Shown: positions 50,822 to 59,894 of the stretch, piece by piece | Position numbering within the stretch: the first letter of the stretch is position 1 | How the letters are laid out: each line of letters opens with the position of its first letter | Source: Puniceicoccaceae bacterium | GTDB taxonomy: Bacteria; Verrucomicrobiota; Verrucomicrobiia; Opitutales; Oceanipulchritudinaceae | Reading direction: 5' to 3' | NCBI GenBank assembly: GCA_040830765.1 | Contig: JBFOMH010000002.1 | Location: forward strand, 55,465-119,464 | Length of the DNA: 64,000 bases | Notes under the pieces: generated by a model | Database searches by the model: none | Told to the model about the DNA's origin: nothing | What the model saw: only the letters and a program-made list of their open reading frames with translations | Program-made: the position numbers and the translations under genes

Positions 50822-52153
50822 GTGAACAAGACGCTTCTCATTATTATCTGCGATTTCCTTCTTATCAGCATCCTCGCGCTGGTCGAGTTCAAGCCCAGTA
50901 TCGAGGAACAGCTGGTGGACGAGAAGAGCCTCCGCGACGAAGCCGCGGAGGAAATGCTGGAGCTGTTGCAGTTGTCGCTTGAACATGAAAGTTCACAGCG
51001 TAAGGAGGTGGAAACCTCCCTCGAAAACACCCGCGAGGAACTCGATACAACCAGGGAAAACCTCGATGAGACATCGCAATCCCTCGAGCAAGTGAGTGCG
51101 GATCTGCAGCAGACCGAAAGTGAACGGGTGGCATTGGCCAATTCACTGGAGGATACCCGCAGTTCGCTTGAGCTGACCCTGGAGGAGAAGCAGGCCATTG
51201 AAGCATCCTTGCGGCAGAACGAGGAACGCTCACGACGGCTGCAGGAGGAGTTGCGCACACAGCAGGCCCTGGCGGAACAGAAAAGTGCCGACCTTGCTGC
51301 CGCGGAGGATAACCTCTCCCGCCTGCAAGTCGAACAGCAGCAGATGGCCACCGAGCTTAAGATTCTCGATACAGAAAAGCAAATGCTGTCCCAGAATCTG
51401 ATCGCGGCCGAAGCCGAGGTGGAACGGGCCCGTATTGAAGCCGAACGCGCCCGTGTCCGTTCCGAGAGCCTTGCTGCCGGAGTGAGTGAACTGGCTGCTT
51501 CCTCGACGGCATTGAAGGAGGAGATCCGGCAGACCCAGCCCTTGTCCTTGAATGCCGTATACAAGACCTTTGAAGACAACCGGATCTTCATCCGCTTTTT
51601 CTGGGATGAGCGGGGGCTCTTCGCCACCAACCGGCGCGAGTCAGCCATCCAGTCCCTTCTGGTTGATACTGGAAATGGAATCTTCGCCTTGTTTGCGACT
51701 GCCAACACCCCCATTGACAAGGGCACCGGAATCGACCCGGCGGCGGACCTTGTCATCGGCTCGCGAAAGCTGGTCATCAGTGAAGTCGGATTCATGGTTG
51801 GGGAACCGGGCATTGCCGCGGTGCAGGTTCCGGTGGAGCTGGCCCGTGAAAGCGGCTTGCGGGTGTTTCCCATTGCCAGCGACCCCCTCAAGTTTTCCAC
51901 CGCTGTCCTAGTCACGGACGACCGGGAACTCTACGGGGAAATCCCGATCCGTGTCCCTCCCGGGGAGACCGGATTACTGGAAGTCGAGAGGAAGCTCTTT
52001 AATCGCCTCTTCGGCGAGTTCTCCCCCACCCCCGGTGACTATGTCTTTTCCATGACCGGGGAACTGACCGGCATCATGGTGGGCGACGACCGGGCCCGCA
52101 TTGTTGATAATCCCACCTTTTCCAACTTCCGTGCGCTCAGGGTGACGCAATAA
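50822..52153 (+). CDS. Uncharacterised membrane-anchored coiled-coil protein (Asp-containing N-terminal TM)
   Basis: TM LLIIICDFLLISILALV, a Glu/Gln-rich coiled coil of roughly 200 aa, and a beta-rich C-terminal domain; GTG start 9 nt after the upstream stop. Confidence 0.65.
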   Translation: MNKTLLIIICDFLLISILALVEFKPSIEEQLVDEKSLRDEAAEEMLELLQLSLEHESSQRKEVETSLENTREELDTTRENLDETSQSLEQVSADLQQTESERVALANSLEDTRSSLELTLEEKQAIEASLRQNEERSRRLQEELRTQQALAEQKSADLAAAEDNLSRLQVEQQQMATELKILDTEKQMLSQNLIAAEAEVERARIEAERARVRSESLAAGVSELAASSTALKEEIRQTQPLSLNAVYKTFEDNRIFIRFFWDERGLFATNRRESAIQSLLVDTGNGIFALFATANTPIDKGTGIDPAADLVIGSRKLVISEVGFMVGEPGIAAVQVPVELARESGLRVFPIASDPLKFSTAVLVTDDRELYGEIPIRVPPGETGLLEVERKLFNRLFGEFSPTPGDYVFSMTGELTGIMVGDDRARIVDNPTFSNFRALRVTQ

Positions 52154-52213
52154 GGACCGTTCGGTTTTTTTATCGCCTCGTTTCGCTGCAAGCCCTATAC
52201 AATACCCCCGACA

Positions 52214-53245
52214 ATGAATTATACCCTGCGTGTATTAAGATTGTTCTTCATGCTGCTTTGCATTGTCGGTGCATGGCTGATCAGTTATGTCGTTCCCGAG
52301 TGGGATGCCTATCGCTGGCTGGCCATATTCATCGGTGCGGGCATTGGGGCGTTGGTAGTCCTGATCGATGTCATGTTGAAAGGCTTTTCCCTGCGCGGCC
52401 TCTCCGCATTGACCTTCGGACTGTTTGCCGGTTGGGTCTGCGCGCACCTGATCGCCACCTCACCCTTTTTTGATTTCCCCTACGAGACCGGGGATGAAGC
52501 CAGCGTTATCCTGACCCAGAATCTCTATCTGATTCGAATGGCCCTTTACGTCATCCTGATGTACCTTGGTGCCGTCATCGCCCTCCGGGGCAAGGATGAG
52601 TTCAATTTGGTTATCCCCTATGTCCGTTTTGTTCCCCACGGAGTGGAGGTTCCACTGGTCGTTGTCGATACCAGTGCACTGATTGATGGCAGGCTGGTCG
52701 GTATTTGCCAAAGCCGCTTCATGGGATACGGTCTTGTTGTCCCCAGATTTGTTCTCGATGAGTTGCAAATGATCGCGGACTCAAAAGACCCCGACCGACA
52801 AACGCGCGGCAGAAAGGGGATAGAAACCCTAAACAGGCTTAGGGAAATGCCTCATGTGGATCTGCGGATCAATGAAAGTTCTGTCAGCAATCGGGAAAAA
52901 GTGGACGCCAAGTTGATTTTCCTCGCCCAATCCCTCAAGGCAAAGATCCTCACAACGGACTACAACCTGGCGCAAATAGCTGAATTCCATAATGTTGAGT
53001 GGCTGAACCTCAACGCCCTCGCCAAGGCCATGAATCCCGAGCTGGTCGTCGGCGACCGGCTTTCCATCAAGCTTACGAAGCGTGGCAAGGATACGGGCCA
53101 GGCTGTTGGATACCTCCCCGATGGATCGATGGTTGTAGTGGCTGACGCCACGACAGACATCGGGAACACGATTGAGGTTGAAGTGGAATCGATCATTCCT
53201 TCAGCCGGTGGAAAAATGGTGTTTTCCCGGAAAAAAGAGGGGTAA
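52214..53245 (+). CDS. PIN/TRAM domain membrane protein (YacL family)
   Basis: N-terminal TMs; PIN motifs VDTSALIDGR, VLDELQ, VDAKL and TTDYNL; TRAM-like GQAVGYLPDGSMVVV...SAGGKMVF. Confidence 0.88.
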   Translation: MNYTLRVLRLFFMLLCIVGAWLISYVVPEWDAYRWLAIFIGAGIGALVVLIDVMLKGFSLRGLSALTFGLFAGWVCAHLIATSPFFDFPYETGDEASVILTQNLYLIRMALYVILMYLGAVIALRGKDEFNLVIPYVRFVPHGVEVPLVVVDTSALIDGRLVGICQSRFMGYGLVVPRFVLDELQMIADSKDPDRQTRGRKGIETLNRLREMPHVDLRINESSVSNREKVDAKLIFLAQSLKAKILTTDYNLAQIAEFHNVEWLNLNALAKAMNPELVVGDRLSIKLTKRGKDTGQAVGYLPDGSMVVVADATTDIGNTIEVEVESIIPSAGGKMVFSRKKEG

Positions 53246-53386
53246 ATCCACTACAAAATCAGCACCTTTAAAAACAGTGTAAATCCTTCATTAGCACTAG
53301 TTTTTACTTGGCAAAGAAGGAAAATTCGGTGAAATTAACGCTTCCTCAAAGGAGGAGTATCTATAATCCAATATCAGGAGAATATT

Positions 53387-53728
53387 ATGAATAATAAGAG
53401 CAAAAAGGGCTTCACCCTCGTTGAAATTATGATCGTGGTCGTGATTATCGGCCTCTTGGCCGCGATGGCCATCCCTGCCTTCCAGAAGGTTCGTACTACC
53501 TCTCAGCAGAAGGCTGTTACTAACAACCTCCGTCAGCTTGCCGCTGCTGCTCAGCAGTACATGCTGGAAACAGGTGCCACCCAGGCTTCACAGACCAGCA
53601 TCATTGGTGACGGTCTCTGGCTGACCACTCTGGAGCAGGTTGCCACGGAAACATACCCGACCACCATTACTTCGGGTGATTCCGAAATCTCCACCACTGG
53701 CAATCCGGTTGTCACTTACACATTCTAA
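53387..53728 (+). CDS. Type IV pilin-like protein (probable major pilin)
   Basis: Class III signal KKG|FTLVEIMIVVVIIGLLAAMAIP; AGGAG RBS; codons typical of highly expressed genes (GGT/GCT/ACT/CGT); own terminator. Confidence 0.88.
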   Translation: MNNKSKKGFTLVEIMIVVVIIGLLAAMAIPAFQKVRTTSQQKAVTNNLRQLAAAAQQYMLETGATQASQTSIIGDGLWLTTLEQVATETYPTTITSGDSEISTTGNPVVTYTF

Positions 53729-53751
53729 ATTTTTAGAAATTTGTATTTTTC

Positions 53752-53782
53752 AGTCGTCTCCCAACCGGGAGACGGCTTTTTT
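53752..53782 (+). terminator. Rho-independent terminator after the pilin gene
   Basis: AGTCGTCTCCC-AACC-GGGAGACGGCT followed by a T-run. Confidence 0.8.
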
Positions 53783-53805
53783 ATTTTCCAGAGATCGCGT
53801 TAGCT

Positions 53806-55695
53806 ATGAAGCAGGTTATCATCTTCACCATTATCGGGTTCCTGTCAGCAGGGTTGAGCTTCATTCTGGGAAACCATTATGCGCGGGGCGGACACATCGT
53901 TTACCTCACCTACCCCAATCTCCTGTTGAGCTTTGCCCTCTTTATCGGGGGTCTGTTCTTCCTTCACCGGAAGGAGTGGAGCTTCAAGCGACTCTTGCCG
54001 GAAACAAGGGGAGCATGGATCAGCGTAGTGGGCGTCAGCCTGCTGCTCTTGCTGCTGGAACCGTTTGAGTTCAAGATCATCTATGATGAGGTGTTGATGG
54101 CCGTGGCGGCTGAGATGATCCATTTCAGCCGGATCGTCGGGATGGCGACGATGGCCAACGACTACGACGGCAGCTACCAGTTTCTGCTGCCGATCCTGGA
54201 GAAGCGGCCTTTCTTTTTCCCGTTTCTGGTTTCGCTGGTTCATGACATATCCGGCTACCGCTACACCAATGTCTTTATCCTCAACGCCATTTTGACACCG
54301 GTCTTCCTTGTGCTCCTGAATTTTCTCGGGAAGCAATTCGGTGGAAGAAAAGGGGGGATACTTGCGGTTCTGCTTGCCGGCACCCTTCCGTTGCTGGCCC
54401 TGATGGCAACCAGCGGCAACCAGGACATCCTGAACCTGGTCATGCTTTGCCTGGCCCTGATACTCTCGTGGCTGTATTTATCCGCCCCGACGGACCGGCG
54501 TTTGATCCCGCTTGTCTACTGTCTCATCCTTTTCTTCCAGATTCGCTATGAAAACGGGGTCTTCCTGCTCCCCTTTGGAATACTGATCCTGATGGGCTGG
54601 CAACGAGCCAAACGGGCCATCCTTCCCTGGCCGGTCTTGATCAGTCCCCTGTTCCTGATCCTTCCCAGCATCCACTATTTCATCGTCACCAACAACTCCG
54701 GTCGTTACTTCCAGAGCGGCCCGGGCGGAAGGGAAAGCACCTTCTCCCTCGATTACTTCTCCGAGAACGTCGGAGCGGCCGGGCGGTTCCTTTTCTCAGT
54801 TGGCCAGGGCCTTCCCAATTCCATTCTCCTCACCATGCTTGGCTTCAGTTCCTTGCTGCTGTTCCTGTATTACGCAATGGTCAATTCGAGGAAGAAACGG
54901 GAAGCCACTGTCGCCTCGACAATCCTGCTCTTCCTGATGCTGGGCGTTGTCCTTCACCTGTCGCTGGTCTTACTTTTCAACTACGGCGTATTCGATTCCT
55001 ACCTGACAGCCCGCCTGAGCCTGCCGCTGAACCTGCTTTTCATTCTTCTTGTTCCCTTTGTCTTCAGGCGCTTCGGGCGACGTGCCATCCTCGTGACCCT
55101 GACCGTGTCCCTGGTCTGCCTCTACTTTGTCTTCCTCAACCTGGAGCCGACTTTCCTCTCGACGGTGGGTCTGCAGTTCCTTGCCGCAACGCTGGGCCTG
55201 CTGATCCTTGGGGCGGTCGTCTGGTTAAAGCGGGTGCCATCGCGCCAGGCGGCCATCATTGCCTGCCTGGCCTACATCATTGCCATTGGCCTGCCGGTCG
55301 GCCACGCGCAAAGGTATTCCAAGCGGGCCAACCACAACGATACCATGATGGGGGAGCTGGCTTTCCTCAAGGAACGGGAAGACGAGCGCATCCTCTGGGT
55401 TTCCTCCACCCCCTACGCAGCCTTGTTGAACCAGGTCAACTGCCTGCCGATTTCCCTCATGAAAGACGACCCGGCGAGCATAAAGACCTATCTGGACGAC
55501 AACAGCTATGACGCCATTTACATCTCCCGGCGGCTCAAAAGAAAACCCTCTGAAGCCTTCAAGCTGATCGAACCGCGCGAGTCATTTGATGAGTCCATCT
55601 TCCTGGTGGAGCCGGTGGAGCTAATTAAGTACAACATGACTACCCGTCTGGAGATCGTAAGGCTGGTTGGCATCAACTTACCAGACAACCAATGA
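53806..55695 (+). CDS. GT-C fold (ArnT/PMT-like) membrane glycosyltransferase
   Basis: More than 12 TMs; luminal-loop DE motif (KIIYDE), KRP..FP and IRYE. Confidence 0.65.
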   Translation: MKQVIIFTIIGFLSAGLSFILGNHYARGGHIVYLTYPNLLLSFALFIGGLFFLHRKEWSFKRLLPETRGAWISVVGVSLLLLLLEPFEFKIIYDEVLMAVAAEMIHFSRIVGMATMANDYDGSYQFLLPILEKRPFFFPFLVSLVHDISGYRYTNVFILNAILTPVFLVLLNFLGKQFGGRKGGILAVLLAGTLPLLALMATSGNQDILNLVMLCLALILSWLYLSAPTDRRLIPLVYCLILFFQIRYENGVFLLPFGILILMGWQRAKRAILPWPVLISPLFLILPSIHYFIVTNNSGRYFQSGPGGRESTFSLDYFSENVGAAGRFLFSVGQGLPNSILLTMLGFSSLLLFLYYAMVNSRKKREATVASTILLFLMLGVVLHLSLVLLFNYGVFDSYLTARLSLPLNLLFILLVPFVFRRFGRRAILVTLTVSLVCLYFVFLNLEPTFLSTVGLQFLAATLGLLILGAVVWLKRVPSRQAAIIACLAYIIAIGLPVGHAQRYSKRANHNDTMMGELAFLKEREDERILWVSSTPYAALLNQVNCLPISLMKDDPASIKTYLDDNSYDAIYISRRLKRKPSEAFKLIEPRESFDESIFLVEPVELIKYNMTTRLEIVRLVGINLPDNQ

Positions 55696-57638
55696 ATGCA
55701 GATGCCAATCCAACATCCGACACACGGCTGCTCCCCGGCAACTGGCTGCCGCTGGCATTGGTACCGTTGCTGTGCATGGCCGGTGCCGCCGTCGGGTACC
55801 TGATCCCCGATAAGATCCGGGGTGACTTGATTGCCTTTGCCGGGTTCGGCATATGCATCCTGCTGCTGGCATTTATTGGCCTCCGGATCGCGAGGATTCA
55901 TGGAGCCTCCCTCAGCATCAGGGGAATTACCGGCAACCTTCCCCTGATAGGCACGTGCGCGGTTATCGTCTTCATCTACAGCCAGATTGATCACCGGGCC
56001 AATAAGGTAATCCTCGATGAGTTGATCCTGCAAAGCTCGGCCATGCAGTTGCTCGACAACAACGAGTACAGGGCACCGCAGTTTGCGGAGAATCTAAGTA
56101 GTGAATTTTCATTACATCTGGGCGTTCCGGACAAGCGGCCACCAATGTATCCTGTCGTCCTCTCGATTGTCCACCGGGTACTGGGATACAGCCAGGCCAA
56201 TGGATACATCCTGAACGGGATTCTCGGGTTCCTGACCCTGCTCTTGATTGGCAAAGCAGGAGAGCAGATCTACCCGAGGTGGGGAGGCCTCCTGTCCATA
56301 CTCGGAATGGCATCGATACCGCTCCTTTCACAGAACGTGACCAGCCAGCACCTTGAGCTGCTGTACTTGTTCCTGATCAGTTTCCTCTTCCTGACCTGTT
56401 TGCGGATTACCATCAGGGGCAACAGCGGTGAACTTTCCCTGGCCTATCTTCTGGCAGCCGCCATCGCCCTGACCCGATATGAGGGATTGCTCTTCTTCAT
56501 GGTTCCGTTCGCGATGCACCTGTTTCTTGCCTGGAAGAAGCAATCCGTGCGGGAGCTGAGAGCCGTCTACCTCATCTGTCCCCTGGCGATTGCCTACATC
56601 TTCACCCTGGTCGGCTACATCTTTACGGTTCCCGGATTCTGGCAACTGGATGACCTGCAGAATACAAGTGCTTTTGGCATTCACTACTGGCAACAGAATA
56701 CCGGCGCCCTGTTGATGTTCCTCTTCAACACAAGCCGGGATTTGCCGGGCTCGCTCCCGCTCTCGATGTTGTGCCTGGCTTCCCTGCCGATCACCATACT
56801 CTACATTAGCAAGTCCATCACACCGGCAGGGAAAGATAATCCATCAGCCCTTGAGGAATCGTTGCCGATCGCCGCCCTCCTGCTGACCATGCTGTTGTTC
56901 CTGGGGCTGATCTTCTCCTACCACTGGGGCTATGTTAATTCCCACCTCACCGCCCGCTTTCTGCTCTTTCCCTATTTCATCATGGGGGCATCCGCTCTCT
57001 ACGCTTTCAAGCGTGAGCCCTTCTGGCTGCTGGTCATCGCTTCTTTCCTGACCTTGTTTGCCGGTATTCTCTCCAGCCAACTGGATGGACCCGGGCCCGG
57101 ATTCTCCTATTATCTTGTGTTGCTGGCTTTTGCCGGGCTTGCCGGGCTGCACCTGAAAGACCGCAGTGTGCAACGGATTCCTCAAGTGATGGCACTGTTC
57201 TGGGTCCTCTTCCTGCTCTGCGAAACATTCCCGGCCATCAACCAGAGACAATACGAGCGGGACTACCTTCCGATTCCACGGACAAAAGCATTCCTCGAGT
57301 GGGTGGATAGCTACTCCGGGACCAACTCGGTTTTCATTTCCAATTCGCCCTACTATGGCATCCTCAACAAGGAGTCCGCCACGTCCATTGAAAGGTTCAG
57401 TGGCAATCCCCAAAGGCTCCTCTCACTTGCCGGCAATAAACGGTTCAGCAATATCTTTGTCATGCAGGAAGTCGGACGCGTGGAAAGTGGCGAGTTAATC
57501 CCTTACGCAGGTTACCAACTCCCTCCGGAAATTACCTTTGAGACCGTAGAGGAAAAACGGATTGTCGGCGACTTCGGTGTCCGCCTGGTGCGCATTACTG
57601 GTATTAGGAAGGATCCGGCCGGGGCAGTTTCCGAATGA
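55692..57638 (+). CDS. GT-C fold membrane glycosyltransferase, paralog of the upstream gene
   Basis: KVILDE, DKRPPMYP, TRYE, LTARF; ATGA overlap. Confidence 0.65.
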   Translation: MNADANPTSDTRLLPGNWLPLALVPLLCMAGAAVGYLIPDKIRGDLIAFAGFGICILLLAFIGLRIARIHGASLSIRGITGNLPLIGTCAVIVFIYSQIDHRANKVILDELILQSSAMQLLDNNEYRAPQFAENLSSEFSLHLGVPDKRPPMYPVVLSIVHRVLGYSQANGYILNGILGFLTLLLIGKAGEQIYPRWGGLLSILGMASIPLLSQNVTSQHLELLYLFLISFLFLTCLRITIRGNSGELSLAYLLAAAIALTRYEGLLFFMVPFAMHLFLAWKKQSVRELRAVYLICPLAIAYIFTLVGYIFTVPGFWQLDDLQNTSAFGIHYWQQNTGALLMFLFNTSRDLPGSLPLSMLCLASLPITILYISKSITPAGKDNPSALEESLPIAALLLTMLLFLGLIFSYHWGYVNSHLTARFLLFPYFIMGASALYAFKREPFWLLVIASFLTLFAGILSSQLDGPGPGFSYYLVLLAFAGLAGLHLKDRSVQRIPQVMALFWVLFLLCETFPAINQRQYERDYLPIPRTKAFLEWVDSYSGTNSVFISNSPYYGILNKESATSIERFSGNPQRLLSLAGNKRFSNIFVMQEVGRVESGELIPYAGYQLPPEITFETVEEKRIVGDFGVRLVRITGIRKDPAGAVSE

Positions 57639-58398
57639 CAATCACCATGCGCAGGGCCAGGTGCTGAAGCAGGACCTGTGGAATAAAGCCCTCCAGGGAG
57701 AGCAGCGGTTGAATCAGCCAGCCGGGGGCAAGTTGTGGACCGGAGTAGCCGCCGCTCAACGGGTAGGCCCATAAATCGCGATAGGCCACTTCATGGACGG
57801 CGAGGCCCAGCTGTGATAACCGTTCCCGGCAAGCCTCCTTGTTAAGCCGGAAAAGGGAGACCCCCATCCCCATGTTGGCAAATTCACCCGATTCGTCATC
57901 CGGCTCCATTTCGAAAGGCGGCGTGATTCTGAATGGGCGGATCGGTTCCTCATGGAAGAGTGTGTAGAAAAGGCGGCCGAACAGCGTTGCCGCCGGTTCA
58001 ACCAGGATGATCCGTCCTTCATCTGCCAGCGCCGTGGAGGCGCTTTGAAAGAAGTCGAACGGACGGCAAAGGTGGTGCAAGACATCGACGGCAACAAGGT
58101 TGGCCCACTTTTCACCGGAGGCATCATCCGGTGGCTTGATGATCTCATAGGCGGAGCAGGCGGTATCAACGTACTCGGTTTTCACAAGGTCACTGGTAAC
58201 AACCTGCGGGAGAGACTCCTTGAGGTTGCCAATGCCCGAACCCAGCTCAAGGGAAGGACCTTCCACCATGTGTCCGCGGATTGCCTCAAAGATGGACCCA
58301 TACACGGCCCGGAGTCCGGCTGAACGCTTCCACTTGTCCGCGCTGGCCGCAAGCAGTTCCAGGTTATAGGTAATAGGGGGTTGGGGAGAACCGTCCAT
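57604..58398 (-). CDS. Class I SAM-dependent methyltransferase
   Basis: LELGSGIG, DVLHHL, GRIILVEP, YPLSGG. Confidence 0.82.
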   Translation of the reverse strand: MDGSPQPPITYNLELLAASADKWKRSAGLRAVYGSIFEAIRGHMVEGPSLELGSGIGNLKESLPQVVTSDLVKTEYVDTACSAYEIIKPPDDASGEKWANLVAVDVLHHLCRPFDFFQSASTALADEGRIILVEPAATLFGRLFYTLFHEEPIRPFRITPPFEMEPDDESGEFANMGMGVSLFRLNKEACRERLSQLGLAVHEVAYRDLWAYPLSGGYSGPQLAPGWLIQPLLSLEGFIPQVLLQHLALRMVIVIRKLPRPDPS

Positions 58399-58403
58399 GC
58401 TTG

Positions 58404-59828
58404 TCAGGCGAGAAACTTGAGCTTGCGGGCGGCAATCCAACTCATCCGGAAAAGCAGGGCGCCATCGCGCCAGCGGTCGATTTGCGGGGAGCCGTAGGTA
58501 CGGTTCTGGTAACGCACCGGGATGTCACGAAGGCGGAGGTTCAAATGGGCCGCTCCAAAGATAAGGTCAAAATCTCCAAATGGATCAAACTCCCCGAAGT
58601 AGGATCGGTTCGCCTCAATCATCCGGTAGTTGTCCCGGTGAAAGACCTTAGTCCCGCAAAGCGTGTCCTTGATCGGCTGGTTGAGCAACCATGAGAAAAG
58701 CAGGCTGAAGAACTTGTTGCCGCACATGTTGAAAAAGCGCATGGCCTCGTCCTCCATCGGATACACGAGGCGTACCCCGTTGGCGAATTCCGCCCGGCCA
58801 CTGGCGATGGCTTCGTAGAATTTCGGCAGGTCTTCCGGAGGAACCGTCAGGTCGGCATCAAGAATCATCAGGACCTCCCCCTTGGCTTCCCTGTAGCCAA
58901 GGCGCATGGCGTCGCCCTTGCCCTTGCCGGTTTGTTGAAAGGCACGGATGTCCTTGTCGGGGAATTCCTTCATTATCTCCTGGATGGTCTCCCAGGTATT
59001 ATCCTGGGAATGACCTTCAACGAAAAGGATTTCCATTGAGGAGCCCATTGCCGGGGTCCGCTCAAGGGCCGCCCGAATATTCCCCGCCTCGTTCCTAGCC
59101 GGAATGATGACCGTTACGGAAAGGTCTCTCTTTTCTCCGGGATCCGGCTTGACCCTGGCGACAAAGAAGAGGCTCAGGCAGAACCAGGGGAGAAACGGCG
59201 CCAGGACGCAATTGATCAATCGCCCGAGGCCTAGCAGATCATGAGGCACCAGGATGCGGGTCTCATGGCGTATGACCTCCCATCCGCTCAAGTCGAAGAG
59301 GTTTAAGAGGTCGTCGCGGGAAAGCCAATTGAGTTCAGGACGCTTCGGTTTAAGGCCGAGAAAAGTGGCCAGGGCCAGCACTGGTCGCCAGAGGGTATTG
59401 TAGACATTGACGACCAGGCGAGTTTCCCGGTTGGCACTTTGGCGGATATTCTCAAGGACGGCCTGCGCATCTGCAGCCTCATTGAGAATATCGGAAAGCA
59501 AAATGTAGTCATATCCCTCCCCTATCTCCACTTCTTCAGCTGCGCCTTGGGAAAAGGTGCATTCGGGATATCGCCGGGTGGCCTCCTCCACCTGCTCCGG
59601 GACCAGGTCAATACCGTCCCGTTTGCGGTCGCCCAGCGTGGCCAGCAAATCGCCGGTCCCGCACCCGATTTCCAGAAGGCGGACTCCCTTCGGAATGTAG
59701 CGGTCCAGATAGCGACCGAGGATGGTCCTGTAGCCCCGGCTCATCGTGGGAAGGGGTGGGATTTCCTGGTAGTGTTGGCGCACCCGCTTCCAGTGGCGCT
59801 TCAGTATGGATTGACTGGGATCCATCAT
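58404..59828 (-). CDS. Bifunctional SAM-methyltransferase-like / GT2 (polyprenol-phosphate glycosyltransferase-like) protein
   Basis: N-terminal LEIGCGTG; C-terminal VIIPARNEAGNI, VEGHSQD, GKGDA, ILDADLT (DxD), DTLCGTK, DPFGDFDL. Confidence 0.85.
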   Translation of the reverse strand: MMDPSQSILKRHWKRVRQHYQEIPPLPTMSRGYRTILGRYLDRYIPKGVRLLEIGCGTGDLLATLGDRKRDGIDLVPEQVEEATRRYPECTFSQGAAEEVEIGEGYDYILLSDILNEAADAQAVLENIRQSANRETRLVVNVYNTLWRPVLALATFLGLKPKRPELNWLSRDDLLNLFDLSGWEVIRHETRILVPHDLLGLGRLINCVLAPFLPWFCLSLFFVARVKPDPGEKRDLSVTVIIPARNEAGNIRAALERTPAMGSSMEILFVEGHSQDNTWETIQEIMKEFPDKDIRAFQQTGKGKGDAMRLGYREAKGEVLMILDADLTVPPEDLPKFYEAIASGRAEFANGVRLVYPMEDEAMRFFNMCGNKFFSLLFSWLLNQPIKDTLCGTKVFHRDNYRMIEANRSYFGEFDPFGDFDLIFGAAHLNLRLRDIPVRYQNRTYGSPQIDRWRDGALLFRMSWIAARKLKFLA

Positions 59829-59894
59829 GCTTAGCTCATGGGGAAATTGAGGATTGAAGGCAAGTGTGGAAATAGATCCCCGCTGCGAGGTTCC

